NCBI GenBank assembly: GCA_021813145.1
Contig: JAKALS010000002.1
Span: 149,862-213,861 of the forward strand
Direction: 5' to 3'
Source of the DNA: a bacterium
GTDB taxonomy: Bacteria; Patescibacteriota; Microgenomatia; Levybacterales; UBA12049
Length of the DNA stretch: 64,000 nucleotides
Part shown: positions 8,787-20,926 of the stretch, one piece after another
How the letters are laid out: every line of letters begins with the position of its first letter
How positions within the stretch are numbered: the first letter of the stretch is position 1
Made by a program: the position numbers and the translations under genes
Notes under the pieces: model-generated
The model's database searches: none
What the model was told of the DNA's origin: nothing
The model's input: the letters and a program-made list of their open reading frames with translations, nothing else

Positions 8787-11075
8787 TTAGAATTTACGCC
8801 TATTTACAAAAGAGTATAGCATGTAACTAATTATTGCCAATATCTCAAATGCAAAAATTATTATTCCAATATAAAAATATAATTGAGTTTTATAAAATAA
8901 AATTAAATATAAAGTGTAGGTTCCATCCGAATTCTTTTTTATTTCTCCAAGTTTTTTTAATTCATTTATATTTAAATTCCAACCATTAGCATATCCATTA
9001 ACCATCAAATGATAGTTATTATTGTAATTTTTATCCTTTAATAATTTTATCTCTTTAAAATTTTCAAGAAAACTACTAACAGTGTACTCATTTTTATTTT
9101 CATATTTTCCAGGAGGATTGCCATCTAAATAAAGGTTCCAATCATTGCTGAAATTATTTAAAAGAGCCAAAACTTCTCCGCCTTTAATGTTTGTAAGCTT
9201 TACCTTATATTCTACAGGGCTTACCATGCTGTATTCTACATTCTTTGATGAACTATTTAAGGTAATACTACTTGACTGTAGACATTTTTTATTTAAAGTG
9301 TAAATAGAAAAACCTAATTTACCTTTTTCGTAATAATCAATACGGGAAGATATATCTTTTGAATTATTAAGTAATGCAGTTATTTTATAAGGATTATCCT
9401 CGATCATAGAATTTAAAGCTATATCCTTCCTAACCATGATGTGAGTAATCCCTAAATTACTAGCTTCATTGCAAAAGCTTTTACCTTCTCGAATTAAGCT
9501 CATAACCTCATTCATTTTATTTTTATAAGGTAAATTTGGAGAATAAGCGGTACTATCAGGTACTAATTGTGAAAATTTCCAAATAAAATTAAGAAAATCA
9601 TATCCATAAAAATTATTAAAAATTGCATCATATGTCGGATATGTACCAAAAAAACCGGGTATTATTAAAATTTTGTTAACTTTCTTCTGTGTTAAATAAC
9701 CTTCTGCTTGATAGTACTGAACTGGAACATTAAATGGCGTTAATAGGGGAGTAAAGACAAAAATAGCCCAAAGATAAACTATGCTAACTGTTAATAAAAA
9801 ATATATAAGTATCTTACGCCATACTTTTCTACCTTTATCAACAAACAATTTTATGCCAATCATTCCAAGGGAAACCAAAGAAAATAAGTACACCCAGTAA
9901 AATTTACTCGCTGGACGGCGAAAAATCTGAAATCCAGGAAAATGATTATAGAGATATAAAAAAATACCTCCAAATGGCTCATTAGTTCCTTTAGAAATAA
10001 AAATTCCAGCGACAATAAACCCTAAAAGTGGAATTATAATTTTCTTATCTTTAATATTAAACAATCCATAAAACATAAATGCAATCAGTGAAATAGATAT
10101 TAGAAACATGAATGGAGAATCGTACAATGAATTTGGTAAATTGCTAAAAAGAAGACCTTCTCCTTTCCCAATAAACAGGTTCAAAACAGATGCTTTAGCA
10201 AGAGCTAGATCAAGAGTAAAAATTGTGGTACTTGATGATGCCTTATTTAACGCAATTGTGCTACTAAGATTGCTAAAAAACGGCAATAACCACCAAATAT
10301 TAGATAAAAACGGAAGTAAAATTATAATTATATATTTAGGAATATTCCTAAAAAATGATTTTGTAACAAATACAACTGCTAAATAATATATTGTAAGTAT
10401 TATTAAAGTCACATATATCATTCCAAAATTTGCAAATGAAGAAGCGTTAAGAAAAAATATTGCAAACAGATAAACAAAATTCTTAAGCTTATAATCAGTA
10501 TCCAATAAAATTTTTTTAATTATCAATAAGATTAAAGGCATGGTTGCGTAAGTTAAAAGCTCAAGAAAATGCCCGGGTTGAATCATTCCAATGACATACG
10601 AAGACAATGTATAGATTACGGCTCCGAACATGGACAGAGGGTACCTTGTATATCTATATTTAAACTGTTGGCTACCTAATAACTCTTTCAAATAAAGAAA
10701 CATCGAGATTTCTGAAAGTAAAAACAAAAAGAATAGAAATAACAAGGTTATCGCAGACGAAGATACACCTAAAAAATGAAGAACTACATAGTAAGCGTAA
10801 AACGGAAAAAGTTGTGCGATAAGAAATGATAAATCTATTCCTCCATAGATAAAAGGATTGTATGTAAACAACAAGCTGTATGTCTGTTGATGGAAGTTAA
10901 AGGGCGAAAGAAAATCTCCGGCACCTATGAAGTTATATCCAAAGACTCTAGTAAACCACATTAATGGAGCAGATGCAAAAAAGGAAATAATCAAAAGAAA
11001 AAATATAGCTTCGCGAAATTTATAATTACCAACATATTTCCTGTAACGGTTTCTAATAATAGAAAAATAACTCAT
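8787..11075 (-). CDS. Large polytopic membrane protein, putative GT-C glycosyltransferase (AftD/DUF3367-like)
   Basis: GAGDF after TM1, NIWWLLP, SKGTNEPFG..FQIFRRPASKF, C-terminal HLMVNGYANGW plus TM. Confidence 0.65.
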   Translation of the reverse strand: MSYFSIIRNRYRKYVGNYKFREAIFFLLIISFFASAPLMWFTRVFGYNFIGAGDFLSPFNFHQQTYSLLFTYNPFIYGGIDLSFLIAQLFPFYAYYVVLHFLGVSSSAITLLFLFFLFLLSEISMFLYLKELLGSQQFKYRYTRYPLSMFGAVIYTLSSYVIGMIQPGHFLELLTYATMPLILLIIKKILLDTDYKLKNFVYLFAIFFLNASSFANFGMIYVTLIILTIYYLAVVFVTKSFFRNIPKYIIIILLPFLSNIWWLLPFFSNLSSTIALNKASSSTTIFTLDLALAKASVLNLFIGKGEGLLFSNLPNSLYDSPFMFLISISLIAFMFYGLFNIKDKKIIIPLLGFIVAGIFISKGTNEPFGGIFLYLYNHFPGFQIFRRPASKFYWVYLFSLVSLGMIGIKLFVDKGRKVWRKILIYFLLTVSIVYLWAIFVFTPLLTPFNVPVQYYQAEGYLTQKKVNKILIIPGFFGTYPTYDAIFNNFYGYDFLNFIWKFSQLVPDSTAYSPNLPYKNKMNEVMSLIREGKSFCNEASNLGITHIMVRKDIALNSMIEDNPYKITALLNNSKDISSRIDYYEKGKLGFSIYTLNKKCLQSSSITLNSSSKNVEYSMVSPVEYKVKLTNIKGGEVLALLNNFSNDWNLYLDGNPPGKYENKNEYTVSSFLENFKEIKLLKDKNYNNNYHLMVNGYANGWNLNINELKKLGEIKKNSDGTYTLYLILFYKTQLYFYIGIIIFAFEILAIISYMLYSFVNRRKF

Positions 11076-11171
11076 AACAATTTATATTGTAGGATTCTTA
11101 CTACTGTAATTTACCATTTCTGTTGTAAATTAATTTATTGTATTATAAATAAGATTTTAATAAACAAGTTT

Positions 11172-11771
11172 TTATTTTAACTTACTCATTGTAATTACTA
11201 CCTCAGTCGCACCTCCAACCCAGAAGCACCATACTCTTTCAAAAAACATTGGCGACAAATTAATCAGATAATTTAATATTCTTACAAATGGTCTTGCGAT
11301 ATGTGGACATTGATTTGGATGAACATATTTTTCGTAATCACCATCATTTGGATATAATCCAAAATATTTAATTTCTTTTTTTAAAATCTTAAACTCTTTG
11401 TCCGTATAAAAATGTTGATAATTATCCTTTTCAAAGCAATCAAAACTAGAATAGCCAAAAGGTCTAATATGAGTTATATCTGTAAAAGCTCCCATACTTG
11501 AAAAGTGAGGTACTCTTAAATAAAGCTTTCCACCTTTTTTTAAAATTCTGTGTATCTCTTCAATTTTTTTAATTGGTTCATTAAGATGTTCTAAGACATG
11601 ATACATATGAATTTCATCAATTGAGTCATTTTTAAACGGATAAGGAATAGTATCTAAATCATGAACTATGTCAACGTAGTTTTCTATTTTTACTCGATCA
11701 ACACCAATAGAATTTGGTATTCTAACCTTTCCACAACCTAAATTAACTACTATTTTTTTTATTTTTTTCAC
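11172..11771 (-). CDS. Class I SAM-dependent methyltransferase (type 11-like)
   Basis: NLGCG, HVLEHL, EIHRILKKGG, D.TH motifs. Confidence 0.85.
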   Translation of the reverse strand: MKKIKKIVVNLGCGKVRIPNSIGVDRVKIENYVDIVHDLDTIPYPFKNDSIDEIHMYHVLEHLNEPIKKIEEIHRILKKGGKLYLRVPHFSSMGAFTDITHIRPFGYSSFDCFEKDNYQHFYTDKEFKILKKEIKYFGLYPNDGDYEKYVHPNQCPHIARPFVRILNYLINLSPMFFERVWCFWVGGATEVVITMSKLK

Positions 11772-11772
11772 T

Positions 11773-12828
11773 TTATTTTATACTTTTATAAATGTCTAGT
11801 AATTGGTTAACACGATTATGATAAGTATGCTCTCTTAAGATACGTTTTCTACCGGCTTCAATAATTGGAATTCTTCTTTCTGGATGTTTAATGTAGTAGT
11901 CTATTTTATCGAACCAATCTTTTTTATCCTTAGCAAGGATAATTTCCTGACCAGTTTTAAAATATTTCTTTATACATTCAACATTATCAACTATTTCGAA
12001 TCCTCCAGCCATGGGAATTTTAAATGTTCTTTCATTACAATCCCCCCCAAATCTTCGCTGGTATTCTTCATGGACGTTAATGGAAATTATGGATGAAGCA
12101 TAAATATTTCCTTCATCTTCTAAAGAAAGTTTTGGTTTTTGAATTGATCTTAAAAAGGGAATATTAAAATATTGTCCACCCCTTTGTGCCCAACCCTGCA
12201 TTTTTTCTAAAAATGTCCAATCTTGTCCATATAACCTAATTTTATATTGCTCCCGCATGGAAAAAATATTCTTATCTAGATAATTTCGTCTTTCAGGAAG
12301 ATTTGTTCCAATAAAACTAATGTCGGAAGCAAATTTTCTCATAAATTTACTTTTTTCTAAAACCATTTTGTCTGCTGCCAAAGGAATCGTATAGTATTTA
12401 TAGCCTGTATGTTTTTCAAAACCATCCATACGAGGATCATTCTGTTCACAAATATTGTAATAAACATCTCCAAAATCTCCTGATTTTATAAACTTTATAT
12501 AATCATAGTTATCGGAAATGCTTTGTGCCTCGTTAATACGAAGTTTCGACATTGGCGATTTCCAAAAAGGAATATTTACGAAGATTTTAGCACCTTGTCC
12601 TTTATATGCTTTTATACTTTCTTTAGGAAAATATTTTAAATTATAATCATTAAGAGATGTAAAAACAATTTCCGGTCTAAATTCACTTAAGATTTTTTTC
12701 GGACTATCGTCTGCTGTTAATGCTTTAAATTCATGACCCAGATCTTCAAATGCATGCTTATATCCGTAATATATTGTTCTTCCCGCGTAAATTGTGTAGA
12801 GAGAAGGGATTTGAAAGAGAATTTTCAT
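11773..12828 (-). CDS. CgeB-family glycosyltransferase (Glyco_trans_1_2)
   Basis: ISFIGT, NERTFKIPMAGGF, EHTYHNRV C-terminal motif. Confidence 0.8.
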   Translation of the reverse strand: MKILFQIPSLYTIYAGRTIYYGYKHAFEDLGHEFKALTADDSPKKILSEFRPEIVFTSLNDYNLKYFPKESIKAYKGQGAKIFVNIPFWKSPMSKLRINEAQSISDNYDYIKFIKSGDFGDVYYNICEQNDPRMDGFEKHTGYKYYTIPLAADKMVLEKSKFMRKFASDISFIGTNLPERRNYLDKNIFSMREQYKIRLYGQDWTFLEKMQGWAQRGGQYFNIPFLRSIQKPKLSLEDEGNIYASSIISINVHEEYQRRFGGDCNERTFKIPMAGGFEIVDNVECIKKYFKTGQEIILAKDKKDWFDKIDYYIKHPERRIPIIEAGRKRILREHTYHNRVNQLLDIYKSIK

Positions 12829-13605
12829 TTATTTTTTTGTGAACAAAAACATTCCGCAACTATAGTCTGCTTGGCTATATTTCCTATAGTCAACATCCTC
12901 CATAAATCTACCTTTGTCATCTACTACTGAAAAAGAAACCAACGTCAAATCTTTAAAGAAATTTAAAATTATTTCTGGAGGCGTTACTCTATGGGCGTTA
13001 AAACAAATTCTTTCTTTTCCAATCGGAGTCGAAATATATAAATATCCTCCCTTAGCCAAAACCCTTGTTAACTCATGACAGGCTTTTTTTGTCCCATCCG
13101 GGTTAATAGCATCACCATATCTCCCTAATCCTATATGCTCTACAACATGCAAACAAGACAAAGACTTAACTGAATTATTTTTAAATCTCAAGTTCAATAT
13201 ATTTCCATCAATAACTGTTAAATTTTTTAATGATGTCCTTATCGGCCTAATATCAACAAAAGTAGTCTTAACAATTTTAGACAAATAACCACTCATTTCA
13301 TAAGTTGATGCAATATCCACATGTTCTTTTGGTTTATTTTTTAATACCTTTTCGAATGCCCACAACTGTTGATAAAAATAATGTGCATCAAAAGGAGTAT
13401 TTTTTACTTTTTCATTTAATATCGGGAATAAATCCAAGCCAATTTTTATTTTAGTTTTTGTTTTTGAGTTGTAATTAAAAAAGTCTTTTGCGTACCACAA
13501 ATAACCAGTTACCCCCTGATAAACATGTATCGGATCAATAACGGGAGAGATCAATCTGTACAAAAAATATAATGTATTTATTTTTTTTGATTTATAAACT
13601 CTCAT
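12829..13605 (-). CDS. DUF268-like SAM-dependent methyltransferase-fold protein
   Basis: FDAHYFYQ, HVDIAS, SLSCLHVVEHIGLGRYGD..P.G, FNAHRV. Confidence 0.75.
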   Translation of the reverse strand: MRVYKSKKINTLYFLYRLISPVIDPIHVYQGVTGYLWYAKDFFNYNSKTKTKIKIGLDLFPILNEKVKNTPFDAHYFYQQLWAFEKVLKNKPKEHVDIASTYEMSGYLSKIVKTTFVDIRPIRTSLKNLTVIDGNILNLRFKNNSVKSLSCLHVVEHIGLGRYGDAINPDGTKKACHELTRVLAKGGYLYISTPIGKERICFNAHRVTPPEIILNFFKDLTLVSFSVVDDKGRFMEDVDYRKYSQADYSCGMFLFTKK

Positions 13606-13719
13606 AAAAAAAACTTTTTATACATTTAAATATCCTATCATAACTATGAAATTTCTAATTGAATATTTCTAAACAAAATAAAATTTACTATTGATTTAAT
13701 TTTCCAACAAAAAGAATAA

Positions 13720-14532
13720 TTATGGTTTAATAATAATTTTATTTTTATTTTGATTTAGCCAGGCACCCCACCAACTGAATGTGCTATTTGCTATTATATT
13801 ATGCTTACATTTGCTCATAAGCCACATGTCTTTATATGCATCTTTACCCTTATTATAATCAATAAAATATACCCTATTTTTAAGATCTTTAAAATTTTCC
13901 CTACACCATTCAATATCATCTGAAAATATAAAATAACTTGGATTCTGAACTAATCTATCAATTTTTTTAATGGCTTCTTTATAATAATTAATACCAATAA
14001 ATTTTAGTACCCTATCTTTATTAGTAATATAATCTCCCCTCCTTACGTGGACACTTACTGATTTATTTGTTTGTATTTTTTTAAGGATTTCATTATTTTT
14101 TCTATCTAATTTTTTTCTGGGAGTGAATTCTTCTATTAATACACTCTCTATTCCATTGAAATATCTTTCGTCTGCCCAAAAACCTTGTATGTATGAGCTA
14201 TCTTTAATAGATAAATAGTTTATATCAAAGTTATATGGATATCTCTGAGTTAAGATATTTCTGTTAACCTGAAACTTAAAACGTTCATCTAAAAGATATA
14301 AAACTCTATTGATTATCCTATTACTAAAAACGCCTAATCTATGAAGATCTTCTTTTGTTGCCAAATTTGCAGAAATATTAAAAACATCTAATTCAAAAGA
14401 TCTTTGGGTATTTAGCAATGCATTTGTATAATGAATTTTCAGACTTGTCTTACACTCCAAAGCGATTTTCTTACCAAATGCATATTGAAACATCTGATTG
14501 CCCAAGCCGCCTGTCAAATTAACAATAATCAT
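13720..14532 (-). CDS. Alpha-1,2-fucosyltransferase family (GT11)
   Basis: GGLGNQMFQYA, SVHVRRGDY, FSDDIEW, IIANSTFSWWGAWL. Confidence 0.93.
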   Translation of the reverse strand: MIIVNLTGGLGNQMFQYAFGKKIALECKTSLKIHYTNALLNTQRSFELDVFNISANLATKEDLHRLGVFSNRIINRVLYLLDERFKFQVNRNILTQRYPYNFDINYLSIKDSSYIQGFWADERYFNGIESVLIEEFTPRKKLDRKNNEILKKIQTNKSVSVHVRRGDYITNKDRVLKFIGINYYKEAIKKIDRLVQNPSYFIFSDDIEWCRENFKDLKNRVYFIDYNKGKDAYKDMWLMSKCKHNIIANSTFSWWGAWLNQNKNKIIIKP

Positions 14533-14587
14533 ATAAATTCTAATCCCAACTAATTTGATACTAAAAGATTATAAAATATTTATTATC

Positions 14588-16353
<1,766 letters not shown>

Positions 16354-16398
16354 TCAATATAATATCATAAATTTCTATATTTTTATATATTCTAAAAA

Positions 16399-17139
16399 TT
16401 AGCGATCATAATAGTGAACAATTCTAAGTCTATAAAAAACAGCTATCGTATCCCAAAGCATAGACATCACTATTTCCCAGAAACTCAAAGAAGTTATAGA
16501 ACCTTGCTTAAAGTTTAATTTAATCGGGGATTCGTAAATTTTGTGGTAACCTAGTTGATACGCAACCGTTAAGACTTCTATATCAAATGCGTACCTTTTA
16601 ATTACAATCCTCGAAAATACATCGTGAGCCACCTTTTTTCTGAAAAATTTCATCCCTACTTGCGTATCCTTAACATTAAATCCAAAGAGTATATGTGTTA
16701 AGGTCCTGTATCCCCAGGAAAGGATTTTCCTCCACAAGGGATAATTAACCTTAGACTCCGGATGAAGTTTACTTCCGATAATGATGTCCGCATTGTTCCA
16801 GTCCATCAAATCAAGGGCGACCGAAATTTCCGAAGGGTCCAGATCCATTCCCGCGTCTATAAATCCTATTACGTCCCCCTGAGCTTTTAGCATTCCGTAC
16901 TTAACCGCATATCCCTTGCCGTGGTTCTTCTCATACCCGTATACTTTTAGTTCTTTGATCTTAGGTATTAGATCTTGGAGCTTTTGATAGGTCTTATCCA
17001 GGAAGCCGTCGACAACAACGATAACCTCGTATTTATAAGGGAGAGTGGATAAAGTTTTATTCAGATTTTTGATATCCGTAACAATTGTCTTTTCCTGTTT
17101 ATAAGCGGGCACTACAAGCGAGAGGGATTTAAATTTCAT
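16399..17139 (-). CDS. GT2 polyprenol-phosphate glycosyltransferase (ALG5/DPM1-like)
   Basis: NHGKGYAV, FIDAGMD, DTQVGMKFF, YAFDIEVL. Confidence 0.85.
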   Translation of the reverse strand: MKFKSLSLVVPAYKQEKTIVTDIKNLNKTLSTLPYKYEVIVVVDGFLDKTYQKLQDLIPKIKELKVYGYEKNHGKGYAVKYGMLKAQGDVIGFIDAGMDLDPSEISVALDLMDWNNADIIIGSKLHPESKVNYPLWRKILSWGYRTLTHILFGFNVKDTQVGMKFFRKKVAHDVFSRIVIKRYAFDIEVLTVAYQLGYHKIYESPIKLNFKQGSITSLSFWEIVMSMLWDTIAVFYRLRIVHYYDR

Positions 17140-17252
17140 ACTTTTTTATGCTTAAAGAGGCAGAATTCATACTAAATTTATTTTAGCATAAATTTATTAA
17201 AGAGTTAACGTACTAGCGAATTAAGGATTTCTTTATTTCTTTAACCCATTAA

Positions 17253-18575
17253 TCAAATCGGGGGATTTGTTTCTATAAATGGTGTTCCTTTTACTCCCCT
17301 AAACGTTCCGAAATGGAAAACATAATAGGCAAGAAGAACAGTAAGGAGTCCTATGCTTACCGTAAGAGAAACGGAAATGACCTGATAAAAATTGTTATGG
17401 AATATACCGATAAAAAATGCCTGTAAAAGAGCGGCGATTACAACAGCGGGTACAATTTTCATTTTATTCAGGGAAAGGAAAAAGTTTATGCAGACATTAA
17501 CAAGGCTGAATACCGTAAGATATATTCCAAAAAACCCGAGATACGGGGTAATGCTTAAATAGTCTTTCCCCGAAAGAAAAAGTCTTACTATAAACGAAGG
17601 GAAAATAAAGTAAAAAACGGTTATTGCAACCGAAGGGAGTAAAACAAGCAAAAGCGCCAGATAAAATAATCCGTTAAAATTTTTTCCCGAACTGCTTCTT
17701 TTAATTATTAACGGAAACATTACCATAGGGATAGGGCTTGTAAAATAAAAAATTACCTTTCCGACCAAAGAAAGTCCTGCGTAAAACCCTGCCTGGTGAG
17801 GATTAAAAAAATGTTTTACCAGAATTACATCGGTAGAAGTAAAAGAGGTCATAAAAAATATGGCAAAGGAAGTAGGAAGAGCATATGTAAAGATTTCCTT
17901 GACCGGAATACCTGAGGAATTTTTTCTGATATCCTTGAATATAAACCTTAAAGGAATAAATCCCGTAATAAAAGTTGCGAAAGCCATTGCGAAAACTCCC
18001 CCTATTGCGCCGTAAATCCGAAATCCCAAGGTAATCAGCAAAACTCCCACCGCAAGCTTTGCTATTGCGGCAAAAATATTAATAAGCGCAAGCGCCTTAA
18101 ACTTTAAAATACTCTGGATGTATGAGGAGTTGACAAGGTTAAGGTAGAAAAAAGAAATCGTAAGTGCGGCAAAAATTACATACAGCGTATTATCTATATG
18201 TAAAAAGCTTTTAACAAAACCCGAAAAAAGCACAAAAAGAATAAATAATAATACCGTAATCAGTACTATAAACTGAGTCATCCTAAAATAAAGTCTTGCG
18301 GCTTTTTCTGTTTCGTTTTTTGCAAAGTAATCTGCCGCAAACTTTACTACAACCGGTCCTAAGGAAGAAACGGGTACGCCGACAAGAGTTATTACGGAAA
18401 GAAGGCTTCCATAAACCCCGTAATCTGCAGGGACAAGATTCTTTGCAAGATAAAGGTTATAGATAAATGCCAAAAAGTTGGCAACCATTCCCCCTGCAAA
18501 AAGATAAAAACTACCAGAAATCAATTCATGCCGGACTAGCCTAGTTATAATGTTTTTAAAGTTTGTGATATTCAT
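17253..18575 (-). CDS. Oligosaccharide flippase (Wzx/MOP superfamily)
   Basis: ~12 TMs, DYGVYGSLLS, TDVILVKHFF..AGFYAGLSLVGK. Confidence 0.85.
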   Translation of the reverse strand: MNITNFKNIITRLVRHELISGSFYLFAGGMVANFLAFIYNLYLAKNLVPADYGVYGSLLSVITLVGVPVSSLGPVVVKFAADYFAKNETEKAARLYFRMTQFIVLITVLLFILFVLFSGFVKSFLHIDNTLYVIFAALTISFFYLNLVNSSYIQSILKFKALALINIFAAIAKLAVGVLLITLGFRIYGAIGGVFAMAFATFITGFIPLRFIFKDIRKNSSGIPVKEIFTYALPTSFAIFFMTSFTSTDVILVKHFFNPHQAGFYAGLSLVGKVIFYFTSPIPMVMFPLIIKRSSSGKNFNGLFYLALLLVLLPSVAITVFYFIFPSFIVRLFLSGKDYLSITPYLGFFGIYLTVFSLVNVCINFFLSLNKMKIVPAVVIAALLQAFFIGIFHNNFYQVISVSLTVSIGLLTVLLAYYVFHFGTFRGVKGTPFIETNPPI

Positions 18576-18643
18576 AATGTAATAATTTTTAGTTTTTAAA
18601 GTTTATAATGTTGACATTAATTGTTGCTAAAGTACTTTATGGA

Positions 18644-19711
18644 CTATTGGTTTAACACTTTTTGATAAACGTCAAGAGTGTCTTTGGCCGTCTTCTTCCA
18701 GGAAAATTCCTTTACTCTTTCCAGGCCTTTTTGGGAAAGTTCTTTTCGGAGTTTCTCGTCTTCAAATACTTTTTCTAAGCCCTCTGCTATATTTTCGGTT
18801 TTATAGGCGTCAACATAAAATGCCGCATCCCCGGCAACTTCGCCAAGGCTTCCTTCCTTTGTTGTTATAACAGGACACCCGCTTGCCATCGCCTCCAAAA
18901 CAGGAAGACCAAAGCCCTCATAAAGTGATGGCATTACAAAAATAGTGGCAAGGTTATAAATGGCTGCCAAATCCTCCGTAGGCACAAACCCCAGTTTAGT
19001 TACAAGTTCTTTATTCTTAGTAGTTAGTTCTTCGGTAATTTGATTCACGGTATTTAAGTCCTTGTTCCAGGGGTTATTTCTGTCGTAATCTTCCGACGCC
19101 AGAGCTTTTCCCACCATTACCAATGGGAGTCCTGCTGTTTTTACCGCTTCCATAAGCCTAGGCAGATTTTTATTCCAAGTTACATCCCCAACATATAAGA
19201 CAAATCTCTCGGGAAGTTTATATTTCTCCCTAACCATTTTAAGTCTTACATCTTCGGTTTTAAATCTTTGGAAATCCTCTCCTGCGGCAAGATATATTAC
19301 GTGGACCCTTGAAGCATTTACTCCGACATATTTAACAATATCTTTTTTTGAAGACTGTGAATCGGTAATAATCGCATTCGCTTTTTTTAAAGCATATCTT
19401 TGCATCTGCCATTTTATCTCCCCTTTTATTCCCCTTGGAAAGCGTTCTTTAAATACGATGGGGGTTAAATCATGAACCGTAACTACCGTTTTATATTTTT
19501 TATAAATCGGAAGGGCAAGAAAAAAGGGCTCGAAATAAGGAAAGTGCACAAGCTCTACCTTCCCCGGCAATTTATCTCCCCTGGTAAAAAAAGTATATTC
19601 GTTATTCGGAAAATACTTTTCCAAAGCCTTTTTTAAATTATCCAGATAAAATCCGGCACCTCTAACCTTGTGCCCTGTCTGAAGCGGAGAAATATCGATA
19701 GCGACACGCAT
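18644..19711 (-). CDS. Glycosyltransferase family 4
   Basis: VTVHDL, YVGDVTWNKN, PSLYEGFGLPVLEAMASG. Confidence 0.93.
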   Translation of the reverse strand: MRVAIDISPLQTGHKVRGAGFYLDNLKKALEKYFPNNEYTFFTRGDKLPGKVELVHFPYFEPFFLALPIYKKYKTVVTVHDLTPIVFKERFPRGIKGEIKWQMQRYALKKANAIITDSQSSKKDIVKYVGVNASRVHVIYLAAGEDFQRFKTEDVRLKMVREKYKLPERFVLYVGDVTWNKNLPRLMEAVKTAGLPLVMVGKALASEDYDRNNPWNKDLNTVNQITEELTTKNKELVTKLGFVPTEDLAAIYNLATIFVMPSLYEGFGLPVLEAMASGCPVITTKEGSLGEVAGDAAFYVDAYKTENIAEGLEKVFEDEKLRKELSQKGLERVKEFSWKKTAKDTLDVYQKVLNQ

Positions 19712-19726
19712 AATTCTTTATAAAAA

Positions 19727-20926
19727 TTAAAACTTAAAATTTCCTAAAAACTTTTTTAAGAATTTAAAAGCCTCAATCAAACCGTATATCGATATTACGT
19801 ATAAAACTGGTATTAGAATTACAAAATACCTAGAGGTTATTTCCCCGACGCTAAAAAATAAGAGATAAAATATGGACCAGATCATTAAGACTTCTATGTT
19901 TTTATTATGGGGAATTTTCTTAAAAATATAAAAAATAATTACAATAAGAGAAATTGAGGTAATAAACGGCCAAGTAATAGACCATTGAGAATCAGAAATT
20001 ACAGGTTTATTGCCAAACCACACATGCCATTGATTAAATAACAGCAGAGGCCAAATGGAGAATGGAAGAATTAAGAAACTTTTATGATATAAGAAAACCC
20101 ATTTTTGTATTCCTAAAAAAGCGTGAATATTATAACCAAATGCAAAAACTCTGACATAACTAAAAAGCAAAATAAAAATAGCCACAGGTAAAGAAAGCGA
20201 ATATTGAATTATTCTCTTTTTTTCTTTACTCAAAAATAAAACTAAATAGTAAGCTGCTACTATAACTAATCCCGTAACAAAAAACTTAGTAGAAATAAAT
20301 AAACCCAAGAATATATTAGAAAGCAAGAAAAGAAATAGTGAATTTTTTGATCTTAAAGCCTTATTGAAAAACAAAAAACCGCAAAGAAGAAACAATAGCT
20401 GAAATAAATCCAGAAGGGGAGTGTAAATGAACTGGTTTTTAAATATCTGCTCAAAACTCACAAAAAGAGGAGGCAAAAGCGACAAAGTCCTTGAACCATA
20501 GATCTGTAGGCTTAAGAAATATAATAAAACTAAAGAAAGAATTCCGCTTAAGGCGACAAATACTCCGGCATTATTAAAAATAATCGTAGATAATCCAATT
20601 ATATATTTTCCAAGCGGGGGAGCGTCAGGAACCACTAATACAGGATTTGTTCCTTTAATCAACTTTCCCCCCGCATAAGAAAATGCAACTTCATCCCTGA
20701 TCCAAACCGGGTGTTTATTAACATATTGGGAATTTAGAAATATTTTTTCAAGTTTCGGAAAATTAGACCAATAATTATATGTATAGAGCTGCCTATTTTG
20801 CCACAATACGCTTCCTACATTAAAAACTATAATTAAAACTAACAAAATCTGAATAATGGGGATTATTCTTTTTGTTTTTAAAAAAGTTATAATTTTATCA
20901 ATTTTTATTTGCTGTGCCATTTCCAA
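19727..20926 (-). CDS. GT-C membrane glycosyltransferase (GT39/PMT-like)
   Basis: RDE after TM1, APPLGKYIIG, STKF, polytopic. Confidence 0.7.
   Translation of the reverse strand: MEMAQQIKIDKIITFLKTKRIIPIIQILLVLIIVFNVGSVLWQNRQLYTYNYWSNFPKLEKIFLNSQYVNKHPVWIRDEVAFSYAGGKLIKGTNPVLVVPDAPPLGKYIIGLSTIIFNNAGVFVALSGILSLVLLYFLSLQIYGSRTLSLLPPLFVSFEQIFKNQFIYTPLLDLFQLLFLLCGFLFFNKALRSKNSLFLFLLSNIFLGLFISTKFFVTGLVIVAAYYLVLFLSKEKKRIIQYSLSLPVAIFILLFSYVRVFAFGYNIHAFLGIQKWVFLYHKSFLILPFSIWPLLLFNQWHVWFGNKPVISDSQWSITWPFITSISLIVIIFYIFKKIPHNKNIEVLMIWSIFYLLFFSVGEITSRYFVILIPVLYVISIYGLIEAFKFLKKFLGNFKF

Noticed and set aside
8213-13613. A8-A9/T8 homopolymers near gene starts (8213, 11753, 13581, 13606) as phase-variation tracts
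   Set aside because: Such runs are expected at this AT content, frames are intact and no long G/C tracts were seen.
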